From assembly GCA_016871375.1 (NCBI GenBank), contig VFYY01000004.1, positions 1-56,047 of the forward strand: a stretch of DNA of 56,047 nucleotides, written 5' to 3'. This stretch comes from Acidimicrobiia bacterium. Lineage in GTDB: Bacteria > Acidobacteriota > Vicinamibacteria > Vicinamibacterales > UBA2999. The first letter of the stretch is position 1, and every line of letters begins with the position of its first letter. Below the pieces are notes generated by a model. The model did not search any database, had not been told where the DNA came from, and worked only from the letters and a program-made list of their open reading frames with translations. The position numbers were made by a program, and so were the translations under genes. Positions 46,313 to 55,949 of the stretch are shown here, one piece after another.

Positions 46313-48532
46313 TCAGAGCCTGAATAACCTGTTCACCTTGACGATCACCGCACGTGACGCGCCGCCGGGGTCTGGCCGGCCGAGCGTGTCCCGCTGTTCG
46401 TTGTAGACGACGAACAGCTCGCTGCCAGGATGGTATTCCCATCGCAGCCGCGCGTTGACGGCCGCCGTGCGCGTCGCGGAGTTGTACTGAACGAGGGTGC
46501 TGGCGAACATCAGCGGGGAGATGGAGTACGTGACGCGCGACCCGGCCAGGTGCGTCGCGAACGCGCCCTGCGGCAGATCTATCCAGTTGACCGAATAGGA
46601 CGGCTCCGCCGACAGGCGCGCGCTCAGGTTGACGCGTCCCCGCGCGAGGCTGAGCGCCGTCCGCTGCCCGCCATAAAAGGCGCCGTGCTCGAGCGAGACG
46701 TTTGCCGACAGCCGACGCTGCTGGCCGACGTTGTACGACACCCGCAGCAGATCGAAGTCATGGGCCCCAACGCCGATGACGGCTCGCTCGCCTGTGCGGA
46801 ATGGTGCGGGGATGAACTCGCGGCCCCGGCTGGCGGCGAGGCCGAACCGATCGCCGCTCTGGAATTCGAGGCCGAAATCGAGACCGGTGTCGCGATACTC
46901 GACGCGCCGCCGGGTGTTCTCGATGTAGGTCAGGGATCCGGTCCAGGAGTACCTGCGGATCGCGCCCACGCGGCGCGGCCTCGGGCTGAAGCGCGCGGCC
47001 GCGTAATTGCGGCGCATGTCGTCCCGCCGGACGAACCCCACTTCTGGATTGAAATCGTCGTCGACCGTCAGGTGCTCGAGCTGCAGTCCGTAGCGGTCCG
47101 AGTTGTAATCGAGCTGCGCCCGGTAGCTCGTCCCGTCGCGCGCCGCGCGCGTCCGCGCCCAGTACGTATTGACGTCGAGGCTGTTGAAGAACCGGAACAG
47201 GCCATCGGCGCCGTAGGTCTGTGCCGCGCCAGGCGCCGCCTGGCTCACGGAGCGGTTCGTCATGAGCAGGCCCACGCTGCTGCTCCGGAGCAGATCCCGC
47301 CTCACCCGCACGACGCTGAAATTGGTCGACGGGACAGCTGCCGGCACGTCATCGGCGTGCATGTTCAGCGCGCCCACGCTCCACCGGCCGACGCGGCCCG
47401 TGAGACGTGCGCCGCCCACGATCGGCACGTCACGGCTGCCGTGGAGGCCGATGCGACGGCTGTAGAAGAGGATGGGCGTGTCGCCGGCGCCGAAGCTCGA
47501 CACGCCGCCGAAGGCAAACAGCCCCTGGTTTTCCAGAAAGAACTCGCGCTTCTCGGGGAAGAACAGGTTGAACCGCGTGAGGTTGATCTGCTGCTCGTCG
47601 GCCTCCACCTGCGCGAAGTCGGTGTTGTACGTCAGGTCGAGGGCGACGTTCTGCGTGATCGCATACCGTGCGTCGACGCCGATGTCCCCGTCGAGATCCC
47701 CGGTCGCGCCGCCGGCTCCTGGACCGCCGGTGCCTGACGCCGTCAGGAACGGCTTGACGTCGAGGCTCTTCGCACCGGGTGGCACCTCGAGGCCGGCCAC
47801 GGTCGCCGAGAGCGACACCTGCATGATGGCGGCGAACCCGCGTGCCGCCGGAATCGGCGCCAGGTATGAGACCTCGTTCTTCCAGCGATTGATGCGGCGG
47901 GCGTTGAAACCCCACACCTGGTCGCGGCCCGGACCGTAACGCAACGACTTGAACGGCACGGCGGTTTCCGCGATCCAGCCGCCCTCGAACCGCCGGGCCG
48001 CCGCCGCCCACACAGGATTCCAGTCGGGACTCCACTGCCGCTCGTTGGCGCCCTGGCCGTCCATCCGCCCGCCGAGTGGATTGACGTGAAAGATGGAGGC
48101 GTTCCGGCGGTCGTGGAACGTGTCGAGCGTGAACGAGAACGCGTCGTTCGCGCCGCCGCCGATCGCGCCGGCATCGCGGCGCATGTCCGTGGCAATGATG
48201 CGCGCGGGCTCGCTCTCCCAGCATCTGGCCACGACGTACACGTAGTCGTCGTCGAACAGCAGCCAGAGCTCGGTCTTCTCGGTGGCGGGCATGCCTTCCT
48301 GCGGCTCCTGCTGCACGAAGCCGCTCATTGGCGCAAGCGTGGCGTAGACCGCCTCGTCGAGCCGGCCGTCAATCTGCAGCGGCGCGGAGACGCGCACGGC
48401 CTGGACCGTGATGCTGCTGTCGCGGGGTTGCTGCGCTTCCGCCGCCGTGGCGCAACAGAGGATCGCGGCGCAGGCGACCCTAGCGCAACTGGCGGCGGAA
48501 GAACTCAATGGTCCGGGGCCATGCATCGGCAA
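46313..48532 (-). CDS. DUF5916 / CBM9-like domain outer-membrane protein (start uncertain)
   Basis: IDGRLDE, GW.AE..VPFKSLRY, NTDFAQVEAD..Q.NLTRF.LFFPEKR.FFLEN and LFYSRRIG. Confidence 0.88.
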   Translation of the reverse strand: MPMHGPGPLSSSAASCARVACAAILCCATAAEAQQPRDSSITVQAVRVSAPLQIDGRLDEAVYATLAPMSGFVQQEPQEGMPATEKTELWLLFDDDYVYVVARCWESEPARIIATDMRRDAGAIGGGANDAFSFTLDTFHDRRNASIFHVNPLGGRMDGQGANERQWSPDWNPVWAAAARRFEGGWIAETAVPFKSLRYGPGRDQVWGFNARRINRWKNEVSYLAPIPAARGFAAIMQVSLSATVAGLEVPPGAKSLDVKPFLTASGTGGPGAGGATGDLDGDIGVDARYAITQNVALDLTYNTDFAQVEADEQQINLTRFNLFFPEKREFFLENQGLFAFGGVSSFGAGDTPILFYSRRIGLHGSRDVPIVGGARLTGRVGRWSVGALNMHADDVPAAVPSTNFSVVRVRRDLLRSSSVGLLMTNRSVSQAAPGAAQTYGADGLFRFFNSLDVNTYWARTRAARDGTSYRAQLDYNSDRYGLQLEHLTVDDDFNPEVGFVRRDDMRRNYAAARFSPRPRRVGAIRRYSWTGSLTYIENTRRRVEYRDTGLDFGLEFQSGDRFGLAASRGREFIPAPFRTGERAVIGVGAHDFDLLRVSYNVGQQRRLSANVSLEHGAFYGGQRTALSLARGRVNLSARLSAEPSYSVNWIDLPQGAFATHLAGSRVTYSISPLMFASTLVQYNSATRTAAVNARLRWEYHPGSELFVVYNEQRDTLGRPDPGGASRAVIVKVNRLFRL

Positions 48533-49943
48533 TGGCGTCGGCGTTGGTGCCGATGTGCTGAAACATCGCGAACGAATGCGTCGTCTTCGCGTAGACGCGC
48601 GCTTCGTACTGTTTGCCGAGGCGCGCCATCGTCACCCTCGTCTCGGCGACGTTGTCGGCCATGCGACCGTCGTTCTCGCCGTAGAGGCCGAGCACCGGCG
48701 CCTGGATCCTCGCCATCTGCGCCTCGGGCGGCGCTCCGCCGTAATACACGACCGCGCCGTTGAGTTGGGGCACCTCGGCCGCGAACCTGAAGCTGTTTCC
48801 CCCGCCCATGCAGAAGCCGATGGACGCGCTCTTGCCGTTGGCACGCGGCAGCTTCAACGCCCACTCGCGCGCCGTCGTGTAGCGCTTCATCGCCTCTTCC
48901 GGGGACACCTTGCCAGCGGCGTTTCGGACCGCGTCGTCCACGAACTCGGACGCGTCCCAATTGCCGCCGTTCGGCCCGGTACCTGACCACAAGTCCGGCA
49001 GGACCGCGATAAACCCGTCCTCGGCGATCTGATACGCCAGCGCGCGTTGCCATTCGTCCACGCCGACGCCGTGCTGCATCACGACGACGACGCCGGTTCT
49101 CGCGGCGCCCGCCGGGTAGACGACGAGCGTGTGCAGTGTGACCGTGTCGCCCTCGAGAGGAATATCGACCCACTCCGCCTTCAGCGTCGAATCGCGGATC
49201 GTGGCTCGGGCCATGAAGTAGTCCGCCGGGAGACGCGGATCCTTCCGTCCGATGTCGCCCGCGACCGGACGCGCGGCGCCGGCGGAGGCCTGCGACACCA
49301 TCGCCATGTGCATCGCGTGCGGATTGTCGGTCAACGTCGGCGCGTTGCCGGTACGCTCGTTCAAGTACTGGACGAGGGTAGGCCACGCAGCCGCGGACGC
49401 CGCGAACGATTCGCGTCCCTCCCTCGTTTCGACGGAGATACCGGTTGCCGAGACGTTGAGCTCGACGGGCCGGAGCGTGGCATCGGCGTCCGGCAGCTGC
49501 AGCGCCGCGCGGCGAACGGCGTCGTCGCGGCGACCGATCTCCGACACGTCCAGAGCGTCGCGCGTCTGCCGGTTCCCCTGCCGATCGATTTCGGTGAGCA
49601 CGTCAGGCACCACCGTCACGTACCCTTCGGCGGAGAGTTGATCGCTGACGGCACGCGTCCAGTCAGACGGGAGGGCCGTCTCGCCTCTCACGACGAGGAC
49701 CTGCGCACGGTCGCTGCGCTCGGGATGGACCACCCACGCCAGCACCGAGGCGTCCGGAGAGATGGGAACAACGATCCATTCGCGATGGCGCGTCGTCGTG
49801 TTCAGCAGGTGCTTCGCCCCGGTGACCGACGGCAGCGTCGAATGCGGCGTAATCGCGGGTCGAGCAGGCGCACGTCCGGCGATGCTCGCGCCGGCCACGG
49901 CGACCAGCGTCAACGCCTTCACGACGGTCATCGTTCTGCTCAC
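48480..49943 (-). CDS. Exported dienelactone hydrolase family protein with a degenerate N-terminal repeat domain
   Basis: C-terminal domain has GFCMGG, G.YGEND and THSF. The N-terminal domain retains DW.RAV.DQL..EGY....PD but no nucleophile motif. Confidence 0.85.
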   Translation of the reverse strand: MSRTMTVVKALTLVAVAGASIAGRAPARPAITPHSTLPSVTGAKHLLNTTTRHREWIVVPISPDASVLAWVVHPERSDRAQVLVVRGETALPSDWTRAVSDQLSAEGYVTVVPDVLTEIDRQGNRQTRDALDVSEIGRRDDAVRRAALQLPDADATLRPVELNVSATGISVETREGRESFAASAAAWPTLVQYLNERTGNAPTLTDNPHAMHMAMVSQASAGAARPVAGDIGRKDPRLPADYFMARATIRDSTLKAEWVDIPLEGDTVTLHTLVVYPAGAARTGVVVVMQHGVGVDEWQRALAYQIAEDGFIAVLPDLWSGTGPNGGNWDASEFVDDAVRNAAGKVSPEEAMKRYTTAREWALKLPRANGKSASIGFCMGGGNSFRFAAEVPQLNGAVVYYGGAPPEAQMARIQAPVLGLYGENDGRMADNVAETRVTMARLGKQYEARVYAKTTHSFAMFQHIGTNADAIADAWPRTIEFFRRQLR

Positions 49944-50812
49944 TGGAGATGCTCCTTGAAAAACGCGAGCGTGCGCGTCCAGGCGTCCTGAGTCGCGGGA
50001 CCATTCCGCCCCTCGACCTGGATCAGGCCGAAATGGTGGGTGGCGCCGGGATACGTGCGGTGCTCGAAGCTCTTTCCCGCGCGCTGCAGTGTCGCCGCCG
50101 TCGCGGCGACGGTGCCGGTGACGGCGGGATCGTCCTCGCCGTAGAACCCGAGGACGGGAACCGTGATCTTCCGCAGGGTGGCGTCGTCCGGCGCGACGCC
50201 ATAGAACACGACCGCCGCGTGCACGACGGGCGCTTCGGCCGCGAAGCGGAAGCTGAAGGTGCCCCCCGGCCCGAAGCCGACGCTCCCGATCCTGCCGTTG
50301 GCGCGCGGCAACGTCGCGCCGTATGTTGCGGCGGCAAGATACTGCCGCATGGCCTGCTCCGGAACCACGCGCGTTCGGATCGCACGAATGACTTCATCCG
50401 GCGACCGCAAGGCGTCGTAGTTGCCGCCGTTCGGTCCGAGGCCGGTCAGCACGTCCGGCGCGAGAGCGATGAACCCGCTGGCCGCCAGTTCGTCGGCGAC
50501 GCTCCGGATCCAGTCGTCGAGCCCCGCTTCGTACGACATCACGACGACGACACCCGCCGGCGCGTCTCCATTCGGGTACTCGATCCAGGTGTGCACCGTG
50601 CTCGAGCCCACCGGGATGTCCACCCACTCGTGGCGGAGCGTGGTGCGGGCGACCGTGGACGGGGCGTTCCAGCCGCTGGCCAGCTGGCCTGGAACCTTGG
50701 CGAACGGCCCGCCGCCCGCCCCGCGGCCGCCGCGACCCGCCGGCGCCTGTCCGCCGACGACGATCGGGATGGCCAGAGCGACCGACAGCACCGCGACCGT
50801 ACAGCGCTTCAT
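49940..50812 (-). CDS. Exported dienelactone hydrolase-like protein lacking the catalytic Cys
   Basis: GLDDWIRSVADELA..GFIALAPD, GFGPGG in place of GFCxGG, and YPGA.H.F. Confidence 0.85.
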   Translation of the reverse strand: MKRCTVAVLSVALAIPIVVGGQAPAGRGGRGAGGGPFAKVPGQLASGWNAPSTVARTTLRHEWVDIPVGSSTVHTWIEYPNGDAPAGVVVVMSYEAGLDDWIRSVADELAASGFIALAPDVLTGLGPNGGNYDALRSPDEVIRAIRTRVVPEQAMRQYLAAATYGATLPRANGRIGSVGFGPGGTFSFRFAAEAPVVHAAVVFYGVAPDDATLRKITVPVLGFYGEDDPAVTGTVAATAATLQRAGKSFEHRTYPGATHHFGLIQVEGRNGPATQDAWTRTLAFFKEHLQ

Positions 50813-50848
50813 TGACGACCTCGCATGAGCAGGCGCGCATTCTCGCAC

Positions 50849-50881
50849 TTGTTTGACGCGTTAAACAATCCGAATTATCGT
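50849..50881 (+). promoter_or_regulatory. Sigma-70 promoter of the marR-like gene overlapped by a palindromic operator
   Basis: TTGTTTGAC-GC-GTTAAACAA inverted repeat (50849-50868). TTGACG-N17-TATCGT lies 7 nt before the GTG start. Confidence 0.7.
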
Positions 50882-50888
50882 TGCCGCC

Positions 50889-51332
50889 GTGCGCCCATCC
50901 GGAAAGGACCTCGTGCTGCCGCGTCACGCAATCATGGCGCTGATGACGGCGGCCGACCGCGCGCGGCGAGCGATGACCCAGGCACTGCAGCCGTTCGACC
51001 TGACACTGCCGCAGTTCAACGTGCTGGCCATCCTCGCGCACGAACGAGCGCTCCCGACGTTCCAGGTCGCTGCGCGGATGGTCGAGAACACACCGGGCAT
51101 CACGCGCCTGATGACGACGCTCGAGGCGAAGCGCTACATCCGGCGCAGCCAGTCTGCCGGCGATCGCCGCCAGCAGTTGTGTGCGCTGACGCCGCGGGGC
51201 CGCCGCGTGATGAGAGCCGCGATGCCAGGATTCACCGGCGCGCAGGCGCAGCTGCTCGGCGCGTTGACCAGGTCCGAGGCGCGACAGATGACCGCGTTGC
51301 TGCGGCGCGTCACGCCCGTCACGGAGGTGTGA
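50889..51332 (+). CDS. MarR family transcriptional regulator
   Basis: LT.PQFNVL.IL, ITRL...LE.K.YI.R and DRR.....LT..GR. Confidence 0.92.
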   Translation: MRPSGKDLVLPRHAIMALMTAADRARRAMTQALQPFDLTLPQFNVLAILAHERALPTFQVAARMVENTPGITRLMTTLEAKRYIRRSQSAGDRRQQLCALTPRGRRVMRAAMPGFTGAQAQLLGALTRSEARQMTALLRRVTPVTEV

Positions 51333-51462
51333 ATGCAGCGCTCGGTCACGCCGCTGCAACCGCCGCCGGGGGCGGGGCGTCAAGGCGGCCGCGGCAACTG
51401 AGACGGGCTGATCCGCGACCAATGCGCTCCATTGGCGGTGATCACACGCAGGAGAGGGCTCC

Positions 51463-51943
51463 ATGCACGCACGTGCTGCGCTGGTCGCGTTGGTCCTGCT
51501 GGCCATCATGTCATCGGCGCTCGCCGTCCGCGGGAGGACCGACGACGCACACCGCCGCGACCCTGCCGGCGTGGAACGGCTGGTACGCGCGGGGCGCGCA
51601 GCAGGAACAGTGGACATACGGCGGTAACGTCCAGACAGCGACGATGCTGTCGCTGCCCACGCCGGAGTATCAGACGCGGATGGTGCGGATGGGCTACCAC
51701 GAAGCGGTCACCGATTCGCCGCAGTGGAACGCCGCATTCTGCTATCCCGAGGGACTGATGCGGTGGTGGGGCCAGGCGAGCCTGAGGAACATCGAAGTGC
51801 TGGGCAAGATCGTCAACGGCCCCGACGGTCGGCCCACGCAGATACTGCCGGGAGAAGAAGGCCACATCGACTTCTTCGGTCGGCCATGGGCGCAAGTGTG
51901 GGAGCGGTACTACGAGCAGGGCTGGCAAGAGCCGCAGCCGTAA
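51463..51943 (+). pseudogene. Frameshifted, internally deleted secreted protein related to 42024-42938
   Basis: Signal peptide MHARAALVALVLLAIMSSALA in one frame. GGPT...LPAWNGWY...FCYPEGLMRWW in another frame jumps to a C-terminal segment. Confidence 0.55.
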
Positions 51944-52215
51944 GACGGCAAGACCACGACGTGGCGGTTCATCCACGGTTTGCGCATGCGCACCGGAAGG
52001 ACGTCTCGTGACCACGCCCCCACCCACGCGCAACTGAGGATCGGCAAGGACTTGCGACAGGTGACGCGCCAAGCCTTGGCTTTGTCCGGGCTTTATCCGC
52101 GGTTTTCGTCCGTTCGCGCCCGCTCACCGGCACGTGCGTCCGCTGACGACCGAATGTCGCACGAAGTGTCACACGCGTGGGCCGCCGCGTTAGAATTTCT
52201 GAGGTTGTCTCCACC

Positions 52216-52464
52216 ATGGACCGCGAAGCCGAGCTTCTCACGCGTATCACGACAAACCCCGAGATCTTCGGCGGCAAGCCGATCATTCGAGGACGTCGCC
52301 TCGCCGTGGAGCATGTCCTGGGAATGCTCGCTGCTGGCGATACTGCAGAGACAATCCTCGAAGGGTACGCCTGGCTCCAACCGGAGGACATTCGCGCCTG
52401 CCTGCTGTACGCGCAACGTCTCGTCGGCCACGAGCGCGTTGAACCTGCGCTGACCGATCGTTAG
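52216..52464 (+). CDS. DUF433 family antitoxin-like protein
   Basis: RI..NPEIFGGKPIIRG.RL.VE.VL..LAAG....IL..Y..L..EDIRACL.YA. Confidence 0.92.
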   Translation: MDREAELLTRITTNPEIFGGKPIIRGRRLAVEHVLGMLAAGDTAETILEGYAWLQPEDIRACLLYAQRLVGHERVEPALTDR

Positions 52465-52470
52465 TCCGCC

Positions 52471-52827
52471 GTGAAGGTGCTCCTCGACGCGTGCGTCTGG
52501 GGAGGGGCCGCGACTGTTCTCACGGCGACTGGTCATGACGTCGAGGCCGTCGCCGGCTGGTCTGAAGACCCAGGCGATCGAGACATCCTCCGCCGCGCCT
52601 TTGACTCCGCCCAGGTCGTCGTGACGATCGACAAAGACTTCGGAGAACTCGCGGTGGTTCATCGCGTGGCCCACCGAGGCATTGTTCGACTGGTTGGCTT
52701 CGCCGCAGAACGTCAGGGAACTGCCGCGGCTGAAGCGCTCGCGAAGTACGGCGCGGAGCTGGATGCCGGAGCGATCGTAACGGTGGAACCCAGCCGCGTT
52801 CGAGTGAGACCTCCCGAGGCTGATTGA
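52471..52827 (+). CDS. DUF5615 family PIN-like toxin
   Basis: MKVLLDAC, GHDV, D..IL and VVTIDKDFGEL motifs; directly follows DUF433. Confidence 0.9.
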   Translation: MKVLLDACVWGGAATVLTATGHDVEAVAGWSEDPGDRDILRRAFDSAQVVVTIDKDFGELAVVHRVAHRGIVRLVGFAAERQGTAAAEALAKYGAELDAGAIVTVEPSRVRVRPPEAD

Positions 52828-52839
52828 CGAGTCGACACG

Positions 52840-53108
52840 TCACCCACTCGCGGCGCCACAGCATTTCTCGTACTTGCGCCCGCTGCCGCATGGACACGGT
52901 TCGTTGCGGCCGACCTTCGTGCTCGACGCCCGTTGCGACGCTTGGGCACCCTCCTCCAGCACGCTCCGCTGAATCGAACGACCCAGATGCGCATAGCCGG
53001 CCATCGCCTCGGGAAACACGTCACGCATCGTCGTCGCCAGATCCGGTAATGCTCGTCCACCTGTTTCTGCTCAATAGGCTTCCGCGAGCCGTTTCGAGGC
53101 AAAGACAC
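52840..53108 (-). pseudogene. SEC-C motif protein remnant
   Basis: [21 protein letters not shown] at the C-terminus; upstream part is broken across frames. Confidence 0.6.
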
Positions 53109-53114
53109 TCAGCG

Positions 53115-53480
53115 TCATGAGCATCGCAGCGTAGTCTGTGCGCTGAGGCCTTCGCGTCGCAGATAGTGGGGCCGAATTGGACTGGCATGAACCTGGACCG
53201 CAACCACGTGGCTCCGACGCCATGGGATGATCTCCAGCTCGGGGACCAGTCGGGGAGTGATGTTGTCGCTGATCAGATTCGCCAGACGCTCTTCGAGATC
53301 GAGCGGCTCCCTGATTCCGCGCACATGGCGCGTCCGATCCTCGACGCCGACGAGCACGGTTCCACCGGCGGTGTTGGCGAAGGCCACGAGGCTTCGCAGC
53401 GCGCCCTCGGGGGACGAGAGGTCGCGCTTGAACTCGAGGGTCTTTCCTTCGGGCCGTTTCAGGAGCTCGAGCAAATCCAC
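53115..53480 (-). pseudogene. AlbA/Schlafen DNA-binding domain protein, C-terminally truncated
   Basis: EGKTLEFKR and VAFANTAGG.VLVGVED motifs. Ends shortly after PHYL, without the usual downstream ATPase-like/HTH part. Confidence 0.75.
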
Positions 53481-53541
53481 GAGCTCAGAAGTACACTCTG
53501 AAGCGCCGCAGCTGTCGGCACGTCAGAGTCTGGAGATTTCG

Positions 53542-53907
53542 ATGACCAGCCCCTCACGCAGACGCCGTGAGCCTCCGCCACGCGTGCGGCGTCGAATCGC
53601 GCCGGGCCGTCTCGACGCCATGATCGAGGAAGCCATCGTCGATGCGTACACGGAATCCGAGCAGGCGGTTGGCTTTCACGCGACGCTTGACCAGCGCCTG
53701 CTGTGTCCCTTCGACACCGTTGTGCTCGGCACCACTGTCACGGTGAAGAAGATCGACGTCACCGCAGCCGGCACGATCGTCGCGATCTGCCACCGCGGGC
53801 GTGAACGACAGGCAATCCCGATCCTCGAGTTACCGCTGCCGCATCCGCCGCCGGCGGGATGGGAGTGGATCGAGGCCTACCGCAGATGGGCGCGAGGCCG
53901 CTGGTAG
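53542..53907 (+). CDS. CcbP-like ('calcium-binding protein' family) hypothetical protein
   Basis: MIEEAIVDAY.ESEQ..GF...L...L..PF...VLG..V.V and G.EWIEAYR.W. Confidence 0.75.
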   Translation: MTSPSRRRREPPPRVRRRIAPGRLDAMIEEAIVDAYTESEQAVGFHATLDQRLLCPFDTVVLGTTVTVKKIDVTAAGTIVAICHRGRERQAIPILELPLPHPPPAGWEWIEAYRRWARGRW

Positions 53908-53923
53908 CGGGAGCCGCGCGCCG

Positions 53924-55060
53924 ATGAGCGAGCATCAATACTACGAGTTCCGAGCCATCGACCGGGTGCTGACAGACCGTCAGATGCGTGAGCTGCGCGC
54001 GATCTCCACGCGTGCCGTCATCTCGCGCACATCGTTCAGCAACTACTACACGTTCGGTGACTTGAAGGCCAATCCGCGCGACCTCCTGGTGAAGTACTTC
54101 GACGCCTCGCTGTATTTCGCCAACTGGCTTTTTCTGGAGGTGGCGTTCCGATACCCGAAGAGCGCTCTGGACCTCAAGAGGCTCCGCCGCTACGCTGCCG
54201 GCCCCACGGTCGAAGTTCGCTCCACTGGGCCAGACGTCGTCGTCGCCATTTCCGTCGAGAGTGATGGCGAGAGCTTCGATACCGCGGATGACGCAACCGG
54301 TTGGTTGGCGTCCCTGATGGCGCTTCGTGCCGACATCGCAAGCGGAGACGACCGAGCTCTCTATTTGGGGTGGCTGTTTGATGTCCAGTGCGGCGAGATC
54401 GAGGACGACGTCGTCGAGCCGGCACGACCAGAAGAACTCGGTCACCTCAATCCTGCGCTCGACAGCTTCATCGACATCGTCGGAATCGATCGCGATCTCG
54501 TGACCGTGGCCGCAGAAGGCGCGTCGCCGACGGCGCCGTCATCTGCGACTCGCGATATCCACGGATGGTTGGCCGGGCTCGAGACCAGTGAACACCTCAC
54601 GCTGCTGGCGCGCATTGCTCGCGGCGACGCGATTGTGGGAGCCGAGCTCAGGCGCCGGTTTCGCCAACACACGCAGGGGCGCGCGGCCGCTTTGCCGTTG
54701 CGCACAGCCGGTGAACTGCGTGCTCGAGCCGAAGCCATCGCCGAAAGACGGCGCAAGACCGCTCTGGAGCATGAAGCTCGCGAACGCGCCGCGCGCGAGC
54801 GGGAGGAGCAGACTGCCCGCGATCGATACCTGACTCACCTGGGGAAGCGAGAACGTCGGGCGTGGCAGCAGGTTGAGGCGCTCATCGGTACCAGGCGCCC
54901 CGCCGACTACGCCGCCGCGGTGGAGCTACTCGTGGACTTGCGGGATGTAAGCGGGCGGAAAGGACACGGGGCCACGTTCGCGAAGCGCATCCGGGCGTTG
55001 CGACTGGCGCACACGAAGAAGCCGAGTTTGTTCGCACGCCTTCGCAAGGCCGGCCTCTGA
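53924..55060 (+). CDS. Conserved hypothetical protein (MSE.QYYEF.AIDR type)
   Basis: MSEHQYYEFRAIDR.L...QM.ELRAISTRA.I, YFDA.LY.ANW, GD.RALYLGWL and a helical C-terminus ending H.KKPSL..RL.KAGL. Confidence 0.85.
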   Translation: MSEHQYYEFRAIDRVLTDRQMRELRAISTRAVISRTSFSNYYTFGDLKANPRDLLVKYFDASLYFANWLFLEVAFRYPKSALDLKRLRRYAAGPTVEVRSTGPDVVVAISVESDGESFDTADDATGWLASLMALRADIASGDDRALYLGWLFDVQCGEIEDDVVEPARPEELGHLNPALDSFIDIVGIDRDLVTVAAEGASPTAPSSATRDIHGWLAGLETSEHLTLLARIARGDAIVGAELRRRFRQHTQGRAAALPLRTAGELRARAEAIAERRRKTALEHEARERAAREREEQTARDRYLTHLGKRERRAWQQVEALIGTRRPADYAAAVELLVDLRDVSGRKGHGATFAKRIRALRLAHTKKPSLFARLRKAGL

Positions 55061-55544
55061 CCGCCACCGATCTCGACCGACGCAATTATTCGACGGAATA
55101 AGTACATGGGATTCGAACCGTGACAGTCGCAGCCAACAACTTTGGACAGGTAAGAGCGCTTCACGGAGATGGTGATTCCCACGGTGGGCTCACAGCCAGC
55201 AGCGTGGAGTCCGGGTTGGATCGCTGTTTCTCGAGAGCAACTGCGGAGACCGCGTAAGTCGCTGCACGATGAACAGCATTTGAAACCTGCGGAAGGCCGA
55301 TGTCGTAAACGGCTCGAGCTTGTTGTCGCGCCATGGCGCGCCCAGCTACCCTGAGTTCCTAAATCGCGCGCGTTGCACGCGGAGAACCGATGAGTCCTTG
55401 CAAGTTGCTGATGCGACAGGATCGCTGCGCTGGAGAGAGTGGGAGTTGCGACCTGCGGCAGTGAATCCAGCATAATTGCAGGCGCGAACGGCGATCGCAC
55501 CGCAGCAGATCCGTATATCTCTTGTGAAATCAATAGGTTATGAT

Positions 55545-55561
55545 TGGCGGAGAGAGTGGGA
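55545..55561 (-). other. tRNA-Ser 3'-end fragment (att-like site of an integrative element)
   Basis: Minus strand TCCCACTCTCTCCGCCA matches a tRNA T-stem/acceptor 3' end with CCA. A partial copy GGAGAGAGTGGGAG lies at 55432-55445. Confidence 0.6.
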
Positions 55562-55668
55562 GCCTTGCCCATCGATTGCGGCAACTCGCTGAACCGCAGC
55601 CACGATAACCGCTTGAAGCGAAAGTCGGTTATCCCTTTTCCATCCTCTTCCGCTGATCGCTGACTCGT

Positions 55669-55949
55669 TCAGACTTTCGCTGCTATTTCCGAGGGCGATG
55701 GAACGTGAAATGGAACATCGGAACACCGCGAGCTCCGACTTTCACCGATATGCCCCGCAACGACGCGCAGCAACCCGCTTGCTTCGTCGAGCTCCAGAAC
55801 GAGCGTAGCCGCAATGAAGTGCTGGTTCAGTCTGACGAAGTAGTCCGCGAGCGCCTCTCCGATTTCGAGCTTGCAGTGCCGTTTCATGACGAGGAACGTC
55901 GTCGTCCCTGCTGGCAGCGCGTGAAGGAATTGCAACGCTGCCTTGAGCT
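55669..55949 (-). pseudogene. Possible C-terminal part of a gene interrupted by the terminal IS
   Basis: Open frame ...LQFLHALPAG...EIAAKV begins at the putative IS boundary; no family recognised. Confidence 0.3.

Noticed and set aside
55490-55625. Complete tRNA-Ser gene
   Set aside because: Only the last 17 nt match, and the T-loop and the rest of the cloverleaf are absent.
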